Source: Vicugna vicugna (Eukaryota). Taken from it: a stretch of DNA of 64,000 bases. How positions within the stretch are numbered: position 1 is the stretch's first letter; each line of letters starts with the position of its first letter. The DNA lies in NCBI GenBank assembly GCA_013265495.1, contig MU058252.1:124001-188000 (forward strand), read 5' to 3'. This document shows positions 54,556 to 64,000 of this stretch, in pieces. A model generated the notes under the pieces. That model saw nothing but the letters and a program-made list of their open reading frames with translations. It had not been told where the DNA came from and ran no database searches. The position numbers and the translations under genes were made by a program.

Positions 54556-55845
54556 GAAGCTTGACCAAAGTTTAATAGTGGAAGAAGAGCTCACTGCATG
54601 TCTTTCTGCTGGCTCTGGACTCACCGGCAGCCCCTACAGCCACCCCGACCCCCACCCCACATCCCTTCAGGCCGGAGAGAAAATCGCATGAATCCCTGGG
54701 CCTTCCCATCAGTGTCAGGGGACAAGACGAGGAACCAGGGGGAGGGACTGTATGGTCAGCTCTGAGGGATGGTCCATGACATGAAGATCCTGACTGCAGC
54801 CTCCCCTCAAAATGGAAGGGGAAAGGGCATTCCCCTGAATGGCCAGCTGGGATGACAGCACCCTGAGGTGTCCTCCTCAGGCTTTGAGGGTCAAGTGGTC
54901 ACAACCTGAGGGCCCCAGGAGGGGCTCGAGAGGCCTGGGCGGGACTGGCCACCCTGTTCTCACCCTCCCCTGTGCAGCCGCAGGCCTACGGCCTAACCGG
55001 TCAGATTCCTCTGCACCACTCAGAAGTGTAAATGCGCTGGCCTCCCAGAGTGGATCCACGCGGCTGACTTCAAGAAGAGGGGTCGGCAGTGTTTCTTGAG
55101 TGCTTCCTAGAAGGTACACTTTGTTCTAAACACTTTATCCCTGTGGTCCAGCTGATTTTTCCCAGTAATCACAGGGGTGGGTACTGGCATGGTTATTTCC
55201 ATTGCACGGTTGAGAGAATGGAGGCCCGGAGAGTTTCAGCAAGGTGCCCAAGGTCACACAGCTGGTCCCACCGCTGGGATGGACCAGCCCCGCGAACCCT
55301 GGCAACCTGACTCCAGAGCCGACTCTTTGAACTTCTACACTAAATTTCACATTTTATCTCTATAAAAAACATAGTGTTGTGTATCAGAAATACAGTCTTG
55401 CTGTCCATACCCATAGTGCACTAAGCACATTGTGGCCTGCGGAGGGCGCTGTGAGTCTCTAGGTAATCTAAAGCCGGAGAGGTAAGAGCGGAGCCCGTCC
55501 GGGTAGTGACAAGGCACAGAGGAGGGGAAAGGAGTTTGCATAGGTAAGAGGAGCCACAGGATCTAAAGAGGTTCCAGACCAGGGACGAGAGAGCAGAAAT
55601 AGAATCAACGGATTTTTTTTTTTTAAACTAGACTTTTAGAGCAGTTCTAGGTTCACAGCCTTGGGAACTGCATGGGTCCCCACTGCCACCAAGGGCTGCC
55701 TCGACTGCGAGGGGACAAACCAGGGAGTGAGTCTGCAGGCAAACCACGAGGCCAAGGGACGTCACAGTCCAAGACTCAGCCTGGTGGAAACCCACTGTCT
55801 CCCATAAAACAACCAAGTTCATCTCTTCTACTGCATTCCAGAGCT

Positions 55846-57430
55846 ATGGGGTGGAAGACCCTGGCCCTCGGCTGGGCCGGCGCCGCCATCCTGGTCCTGC
55901 AGACATTGGCCACGGCAGACGGTTCCTCGAGGACCTCGGGCACCAATGCTGGGGTGTTTGCCGACCTGAGCGCCCAAGAGCTGAAGGCCGTTCACAGCTT
56001 CCTCTGGTCCCAGAAGGAGCTGAAGCTGGAATCGTCTGCAACATTGACCGTGGCCAAGAACTCCGTGTTCCTCATTGAGATGCTTCTGCCCAAGAAGCAC
56101 CATGTGCTCAAGTTTCTGGATAAAGGTCACAGACCTCCTGCTCGGGAAGCCCGGGTCATCATCTTCTTCGGAGCGCAGGAGCATCCCAACATCACCGAGT
56201 TTGCTGTGGGGCCACTGCCGAGTCCCCAGTACATGCGAGACCTGCCCCGCAAGCCCAGGCACCAGGCTTCCTGGGCCTCCAGGCCCATCACTGGGACGGA
56301 GTATGCCCTCCTGAGCCGCACCCTGCAGGAGGCCACCAAGCCCCTGGACCAGTTTTTCCGACACACCACGGGCTTCTCATTTGTAGACTGCCACTCCCAG
56401 TGCTTGACGTTCACAGACGTGGCGCCGCGGGGCGTGGCCTCCGGCCAGCGCCGCACCTGGTTCATCTTGCAACTTCAGATGGACGGCTACTTCCTGCACC
56501 CCACTGGGCTGGAGCTCCTCGTAGACCATGGAAGCATGAACGCCCAAGACTGGACGGTGGAGCAGGTCTGGTACAACGGGAAGTTCTACAGCAGCCCCGA
56601 GGAACTGGCAGAAAAGTACGCTGCCGGAAAGGTGGACGTGGAGGTCCTGCAGGACCCGCTGGCCAAGGGCAAAGATGGAGAGAGCCTGCCGGAGTCGGCC
56701 CTCTTCTCCTTCTACGAGCCACGTGGGTCCTTCCCCAGCTCCATCACGAGGAACGGCCCCCGCCTGGTCCAGCCCCAGGGCCCCCGCTACAGGCTGGAGG
56801 GCAACACCGTGTTCTACCGAGGCTGGAGTTTCGCCTTCCGGCTGCGCTCCTCCTCCGGGCTGCAGGTCCTGGACGTGCGCTTCGGGGGTGAACGCGTAGC
56901 CTACGAGGTGAGCGTGCAGGAGGCCGCGGCACTCTACGGGGGACACACGCCTGCGGGCATGCAGACCAAGTACCTGGACGTGGGCTGGGGCCTGGGCAGT
57001 GTCACTCATGAACTGGCCCCTGGCATCGACTGCCCAGAGACGGCCACCTTCATGGATGCCCTCCATTACTATGACACCGATGGCCCCGTCCACTACCCCC
57101 GAGCCCTCTGTCTCTTCGAGATGCCCACAGGGCTTCCCCTCCGGCGACACTTTGACTCCAACTTCAGCGGTGGCTTCAACTTCTATGCAGGACTCAAGGG
57201 CCACGTGCTGGTGCTGCGGACGACTTCGACTGTCTACAATTACGATTACATCTGGGACTTTATCTTCCACCCCAACGGGGTGATGGAGGCCAAGATGCAC
57301 GCCACCGGCTACGTCCACGCCACCTTCTACACTCCCGAGGGGCTGCGTCACGGGACCCGCCTGCACACACACCTGATCGGCAACATTCACACCCACCTAG
57401 TGCATTACCGCGTCGACCTGGATGTGGCAG
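55846..57430 (+). CDS. AOC1: AOC1 first coding exon
   Basis: ttccag|AGCT ATG start; GCAG|gtagga donor. Confidence 0.96.
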
Positions 57431-59359
57431 GTAGGAGTCAAGCTGGGAGCCACCCTCTTGGCCAAATGTCCGCATTCAAGTGATAACTTACACTCATGGG
57501 AGATGGTGGGAAACTCCGCTGGATGCATAATATTGGGAGAATTTGCCCAGCCTGCTTCTGTGAAACCTGCAGGGCTGGAAATGTGTGTGCCCCTGAGAAA
57601 CGGTGAAAGTGACTAGTGCCAGGTGTCGCCATGGATGCGGCTGGGTGACCCTGCCCTTGCCCTGGAGGTGCCTTGACCCCCTGGAGGGTAGAAAGTTGTG
57701 CACAGGGCAGGGGAGGAGATGAAGCCTAGGTGTGCAAGGAATGTCACTGCCTAGAGCTTTGAGTGGACGCAGTGTCCTCAGGAACACTTGTGTCTTGAAT
57801 AAAAGAGGACAGGGGCTTAATGACAGGGTTTGACCTGACATCAACTCACACATTAGAACAGGGCCAGATGAGCTGCCCATCTCTGGGGCCGCGGACACAG
57901 CAAGCAGGCTCGGAGCTCTGCTCTCAGAAGGAACTGCCCAGAGTCACAGGGGAATCGTGGCAGCTGTCTCTGGTCCTTCTGATGTTTGTGTTCTTAATCT
58001 TCTCCCTCCACTGTTCATCTAGCTCCGTCCCCCCATCCTCTTCACTCCTGTGGTTGGCTGTGGGGTGTGATCTGGGATGCAGGTCCCTGTGTGGGATGAG
58101 GAGGCTGTAGTTCAGGGCGCTTCATCCTCCTCCTTCCCTGCACACCTGCAGGCACCAAGAATAGCTTCCAGACCCTGCAGATGAAGGCGGAAAACATCAC
58201 CAACCCCTGGAGCCCGAGACACCGCCTGGTCCAGCTGACTCTCCAGGAGACCAAGTACTCCCGGGAGCGCAAGGCGGCCTTCCGCTTCGGACGGGCTCTG
58301 CCCAAGTACCTGCTCTTCACCAGCCCCCAGGAGAACCCCTGGGGTCACAAGCGCAGCTACCAACTGCAGCTCCACTCCTCAGCTGACCAAGTGCTGCCCC
58401 CTGGCTGGCAGGAGGAGAGAGCTGTCACCTGGGCCAGGTGAGGGAGGCCCCGGAGGCCGGGAGGGCTGGAGGCGCCTCTCCTCGTCCCTGTGTTTCCCTG
58501 TGTCCATGTGTGTCTGTGCTTCTGTCCATGAGCTTCTGAGTCTATGTGTTGGTGTCCGGGTGTGTGTGTGTGTGCGCCTGGCTCTACATTTGGGGAGGGG
58601 GAGCGCAGAGACCCTGCAGAGCCCCGGGCCTCAGCTCACAAGCAGTCTGGCTGACTCTCAAGAAGCAATCCCACATTCGGGGGAAGGTGGTAACTTTCCC
58701 AGGGAGGGGCTGGGAGGCGTCCCCCTGCAGCCAGATCCACCTGGCTTCTCTGTCCGGGCAGGTACCCCCTGGCAGTGACCAGGTACCGGGAATCCGAGCT
58801 GTGCAGCAGCAGCCTCTATAATCAAAACGACCCCTGGGACCCACCTGTGGTCTTCGAGGAGTATCTTCACAACAATGAGAACATTGAAGATGAGGTACCG
58901 GCCCCGCCCTCTCCCAGCCCAAGCCCCACACGCAGCCCCAGCCCCAGGCGGGCGAGCCCCGGCATGCTGTGTGGGGAGCAAGCTCCACGGTCACCAGATT
59001 TGCCCCTTCCTGAAGCACAGGGCTTGGGGGGCTGCCCGCCCCTCTCCTCCCTGAGCGTCCTCAGCCCTGCCCGCTCCTTTCCCCTGCAGGACTTGGTGGC
59101 CTGGGTCACAGTGGGCTTCCTGCACATCCCTCACGCAGAGGACGTCCCCAACACAGCCACACCCGGAAACTCCGTGGGCTTCCTGCTCCGGCCCTTCAAC
59201 TTCTTCCCAGAGGACCCGTCCCTGGAGTCCAGAGACCTCGTGGTCGTGCGGCCTCAGGAAAAAGGCTCCAACTACGTCCAGCGCTGGATCCCTGAGGAGG
59301 AGGGGGACTGCCTGATGCCTCCCCCTTTTAGCTACAATGGAACCTACAGGCCCGTGTGA
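55846..59359 (+). CDS. AOC1: Amine oxidase copper containing 1 (diamine oxidase / amiloride-binding protein), 757 aa; join of 55846-57430, 58152-58437, 58762-58894, 59090-59359
   Basis: Signal peptide; catalytic Asp in [11 protein letters not shown] motif TVYNYDY; copper ligands HTH and GFLHIPH; C-terminus [14 protein letters not shown] introns; 2274 nt in frame. Confidence 0.98.
58152..58437 (+). CDS. AOC1: AOC1 second coding exon (286 nt)
   Basis: [19 protein letters not shown]...AVTWAR; ctgcag| acceptor, |gtgagg donor. Confidence 0.96.
58762..58894 (+). CDS. AOC1: AOC1 third coding exon (133 nt)
   Basis: [25 protein letters not shown]...ENIEDE; ggcag| acceptor, |gtaccg donor. Confidence 0.95.
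59090..59359 (+). CDS. AOC1: AOC1 last coding exon
   Basis: [22 protein letters not shown]...YRPV*. Confidence 0.96.
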   Translation, partial: DLVAWVTVGFLHIPHAEDVPNTATPGNSVGFLLRPFNFFPEDPSLESRDLVVVRPQEKGSNYVQRWIPEEEGDCLMPPPFSYNGTYRPV

Positions 59360-60088
59360 AAGCGCCCCACCCCCCACCAACACCTGCCTGAAGCCCGAGG
59401 GCCCCCACCCCCCAGGGACAGACAACAAGCCCCTCAGGGCTCAGCTCCTGTGCTCTGAACACGCACCAGGCTGGCGTGTAGGACACACACAGACGAGAGG
59501 CACAGGCCTTGGCCTCCACTCCCCTCGGTCTCCTCCACCCCTGAAAAGACCTGCATCACTGCGGCAAGTGACACTCACTGAATTGACCAATCAGATTGGT
59601 TTAAAGAATCTGAGACTAGCAGCTCCTCTCGGGAGTCAGTGGGGCGCTCTCCCAGGTCGCTGATGGGTACGTAGGGCGACCACAGGAAGACACGATGGAA
59701 AAACCTAGCGAAATTGCTAACACCTTTACCCTTGACACACTGATCCAACTTCTAGGGGAGATCTGCCTACAAACCCAGGAAAAATATATGCGGTGCTGTC
59801 TGTGCTAACAAAGTCTGGAAACAACCCAACATCCATCAGCAGAGATCCTACAGATTCTGGATAGACTATGGAAATGTCCGTACAACGCAATTTTAGGTGA
59901 TTGTAAAAGAAACGTATGAACGAGGACATTCTCTGTACTGATAGGGAAAGAGCTTCAGGATACACTAAGCAAGAAAACAGAACAATATAGAGATGGCTTG
60001 CTAATTGTTGTGTAAGAAAGGAGAGGAATATATGTATGTGTAAAAACCCTAGAAAAATACACAAGATGCTAATAAACATGGTTACCTG

Positions 60089-60770
60089 TTGTCTGCATCT
60101 GTTCGAGCTGCTATAACCAAGTGCCACAGACGAGTGGCTTAGAGACAGCAGCAGGTGCGCACTCACCTAGTCACCGTTTCCAGGTTTGGGCTTGCGGCTT
60201 GCTTTCTCCGGTTGGTTTGGTTTTGCTTTGACTTCGCTGCACTGTCTTGCCTCGTAGCGGCTGCCCTGTGCGGCGTGACAGCGAGGACTGGGGAACGTCT
60301 GTGGACGTGACGTCTCCTCCGGTTGGCAGTAGCATTCCTCTCTAGCGCTTGGGGATTTAAATGTGACCAAGCCTTCTGTACTTTGTCAAAAAAAGCAGAT
60401 TTTCCAGTTGATTCTTTTGGTGAATGTCAAAATGAGAATTTATGGTGTATTACTGTCAGTTCACTTTGAATTAAAATATATATATTGCCAAAAAAAAAAG
60501 AAGTTTCATAGCTCTGGAGTCTGGAAGTCCAAGATCGGGGTGCCAGCATGGTCACATGAGGGCCCTCTTCTGGGTCAAAGACTTCTGACTTTTCACTGCA
60601 TCCTCAACTGGCAGACGGGTGAGAGATCTCTCTGGGCTCTCTTTTATAAGAACACTCATCCATTCGTGAAGGCTCCACCCTCATGACAAGCAGCTCCCAG
60701 AGGCCCCACCTCCTAACACCGTCACCCTGGCACGGTGGGGGGGGTGGACTTAGGTGTTCAGACCATGGCC
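60089..60770 (-). mobile_element. MaLR (MLT1A/MST-like) LTR interrupted at ~60153-60499
   Basis: GCTGCTATAACCAAGTGCCACAGA...GGCTTA resumes after the insert as CTCTGGAGTCTGGAAGTCCAAGATC...GAGGCCCCACCTCCTAACACC. Confidence 0.75.
60153..60499 (+). pseudogene. Probable processed-pseudogene fragment (3'UTR only), parent unidentified
   Basis: Non-repeat-looking insert inside an LTR; ATTAAA at 60470-60475 followed ~14 nt later by A10. Confidence 0.65.
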
Positions 60771-61174
60771 CCTAAAGACAGAGGAGGAACGGGATGGACA
60801 AGACAGGGAACGGAGCAGGATTTCTTAGTGTAAACATTTCTGTGGCTTTTGTGGGCTTTTTCCTTCTTGAGTGAAGAGAGCCTGAGGGGTCCCAGTGTGA
60901 AGGATGCAGAGGGCTGGGTGATGGGGAGGGTGGGGTCTCCTCCCTCCCCCTAGAGGTCAAGGGAGCTTCCAAGTGTCCCAGCCACAGTGCAGCCCCATGG
61001 CTGTGGGTTCCCAGGGGCCATCACTTCTCACCTAGGTGCTATATTGTTTTTACTTTTTAATTGTCAAAACATATTACCTACTCAAAAAAGTAAAATCTAA
61101 ATTTTAAAAGAAGGGCGGGAGGGAGGAAGGAAGGAAGGAAGGCGCTCTTATTGCTGCTGAACGGTATACAGCAG

Positions 61175-61668
61175 CTGGCAGGACGGATGAAGCCAACAGT
61201 GCCCTCCCCCACCCAACGAAGACTTCCACATTCTAATCCCTGGGGCCTGGGGATATGTGCCCTTCTGTGGCTGAACAAAGGCATTTGGCAGCTGTGATCA
61301 AGGTGAGGATTCTGAGATGGAGACAGTCTCCTGGATTATCCAGGTGGGCTCAATAGAATCACAAAGATTTCTCAGCATAAAGCTTCTACAGTGTTGTTGG
61401 GTTTTTTGTGGGCTTTTTCTTTGTAAGGGTCCTTCCTGGTAAGAGAGGCAGAGGGTCAGAGCGGAGAGAAGAAGCCACACTACTGGCTCTGGGGACGGAG
61501 GAAGGAGCGACACGCCAGGGGATGTCGGTGGAAAAGGCAAGGATTTTCCCTGAGAGCCTCCACTGGGCAACACAGCACTGCAGACTCTGGACTGTAAGAG
61601 AGCAACGTGCTGTTTGAAGCCACTAAGCTTGTGGAGGTTTATTTATAGCAGCAATAGGAACTAATACA
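61175..61668 (+). mobile_element. MaLR MLT1D-like LTR
   Basis: CCTGGATTATCCAGGTGGGCTCAAT...GAAAAGGCAAGGA...AAGCCACTAAG...GCAGCAATAGGAACTAATACA. Confidence 0.8.
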
Positions 61669-64000
61669 ATGGTTGTGGGTGTCCGCCCCGGGGATGGAAC
61701 AAGTAAATCTTCTGCTGTCCCCACCCCACCATGGGTCCCCAACTCTGCTCAGAGCCCAGTCACCCAAGCAAACCCAGGACCAGGATCTGCGGGCAGGGAA
61801 CCAGGGCAACCACGGGGAGGGGTCCGGGTCCTAGATCTTTGACTGTACATTAATGATATAGATTCCAACCTTTCCCCCAAGACAGAAGAGAAGGACAAGA
61901 TTGGTTAAAGGGGCCCCAGCTGAGAGCAGGTTAGAAACCAGAGGACAAGAGGCTCCTTCACACGCATTTGCGGGCGGTGTGCATGTGTGTGTGTGTGTGA
62001 GACTGGTGCCTCTGCGCACATACCGGGGGCAGCTTGAAGACAAAAATCCATGCCTCACTTTTCCTCTGTGTCTCTCATCGCAGGTCTGACGGTGTACATT
62101 CAGTGGGTCCTCGTTGGTGCTTGTTGAGTGGCTGAGTGACGGACAGCCTAGGAAATGCAAACTCCTCGAATCCGCCTTTCTCCCACCCTGTCAAGTTTTT
62201 GTCTCTTGGCCCTAATAATAATTTCGGCCATTCCCCAGCTACAACAGCACTAATGAGATGGCAAGAAAGCCTGAGTCTCACCCCCAAAAAGCAGCCCCAA
62301 GCACCCAAAGTCTTGGTTCCTCCCCCTGGTGGTCCCTGCAGGCAACCCTCTCCCATCTCCTTCCCTTCTCGTCCCTGGCGCCCACTTTTCAGCATTCCTC
62401 TCATTGCTCCTCCTTGCTCTAGGCATCACGCAAGCGTCCTCAAACACCATGTACACATTCAGGGCCACCAGCTTCACTGTCAGGCCACCCCCAGGCGGGG
62501 TAAAGGGGAACAACTGGTGTCCCCACCCAAGTCATTGCCCCAGACCCAAGAGAGAGGGCCCCAAAATATGCATGGCTCAAGAATCCTCATGACCAAAAGG
62601 AAAAAAAAAAAGAATCCTCATGACCAGCCTGACTGAGCCTCTGAAAACACAGGAGTCCCCAAGAAACCAAGTCCAGCTCGATAGTTTGGCCCAGCCAGCC
62701 AGCCCAGGGACCAGAGCTTCTTGAGAACAACCACCCAGCACTCACGGGGCCCGAAGGTGGCAGCAACAGGACGAGGTCTCTAAAGCGGGAGGATCTCAGG
62801 TGGAGCATGGCCAGCCACGAAATCCTGGGGCTCTGAGCTCTTCATTGAAACTGTGCTGGTGGCCTTTGCCTAATCCTCTGGGCTGCCGTGCTGACCAAGC
62901 CCTCCACTGCTGCCATGTCCTTGAACCTTCTCTCTTGACATAAGCGCCTTCCAGAAGCTCACCTCCTCAGCTTCCATCCAAGCCAGCAGCTTGCCCTGCC
63001 GTGGACTGCTGTTCGCCAGGACCAGAAACACAATTTGTGAACCCCAAGTGAAAATGCCAGCCCTGGTTCAAAAACTAAGAATTTCAAGATGGTGACAACA
63101 GAAAGGTACACTGTGGGGTCATCTAGACAAAAGTCACACGCCCACGGGGCTGGCCCTGCTGCCCGCACCCACTGCCCACCTCAGCCACGTCCCCAGAGTG
63201 GCCGGCTGCTTCCTGGGCCCAGTAACAGCAGTCAGTACAGTATTACAGCAAGACAGCGCCTCCCAAAGGAACATGAATATTTATTAATTCAATATATTAG
63301 TTGCAGTAAATATATTATTTTGACCAAGTTTAGGCTTATTCAAAGAAGAGCAATTATGCACTTAACCCTAAGTTATCTCGGCAGTAAACGTTTTTAACTA
63401 AAAAGATATGATAAGTTAAACATTTTTATCAACAGTGTATTCTCCAAGGACTAATCCTAAACTCCTGGCCAGCTTACAGGCTATTTCTCAGAGCATATGT
63501 AGTAGTTGTCTCACTAATCTCTCCTCTTACATTTGTTCTGCTCTCCCAGTAAGGAGGGGATGTTTGAAATCCGTGTGATAATACCCCCCTGTGCAATAAC
63601 TGACTCGCCCTTCTAAACAGCACAGTTCCCTGTCCTGGGGCCATTCCAAGCTCCACATCCCATAATCTGGACTTTCTAATGGGTGAAACCAGGATAAATC
63701 TGATAAAAATGAAAACATACCAAGTGTAGATGTCTGAGCCAAGGATTTGGTTAAGAAGTTTAAAAGACCCTTACTAAACCCTCAGGCTTATTTGCTAGGG
63801 CATCCAAAACTGGGTTTGCAGAAGGCACAGCATCCCCGTCACACCTGAGAGATCCCACGTTACAGTTCCCACGGCTACGGTAAAATCCGCCCCAGTTCAG
63901 TGGCATAAAATAACAAGTATTGATTGTGCTCATGAATTCTGTGGAACCTGGATCCAGACAGGACACACTGGGGAGGCTTGTCTCTGTTCCATGATCTCTG

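Noticed and set aside
55672..55845. 58-aa N-terminal extension of AOC1 in the ORF track
   Set aside because: Lies upstream of the splice acceptor at 55841; the signal peptide starts at ATG 55846.
56377..57396. 339-aa antisense ORF
   Set aside because: Shadow ORF caused by the high third-position GC content of the AOC1 exon.
58703..58761. Upstream alternative acceptor equivalent to the longer human AOC1 isoform
   Set aside because: The candidate AG at 58701-58702 is 59 nt from the canonical acceptor, so it is out of frame here.

Overview
Mammalian genomic DNA, probably a camelid (two Vic-1-like tRNA-derived SINEs), covering the TMEM176B-TMEM176A-AOC1 locus. TMEM176B is on the - strand (6 coding exons, 267 aa) and TMEM176A lies head-to-head with it on the + strand (6 coding exons). 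AOC1/diamine oxidase is on the + strand (probable non-coding exon 1 ending at 47136, 4 coding exons, 757 aa, catalytic motifs intact). The rest is mostly transposon debris (L1, MaLR, ERV1 LTRs, MER, MIR) plus one 135-nt assembly gap. Main oddities: (1) a decayed ~6.4-kb antisense class I ERV provirus with a tRNA-Ser primer-binding site in AOC1 intron 1; (2) a 7-nt insertion in the last TMEM176A exon that frameshifts the C-terminus but also creates a rescuing in-frame acceptor; (3) a cluster of young, near-perfect local duplications and inversions around the AOC1 5' end; (4) a poly(A)-tailed 3'UTR retrocopy inside a MaLR LTR. I see no evidence of a wholly new gene system. Orthologue and repeat-family comparisons are from memory, not from searches.
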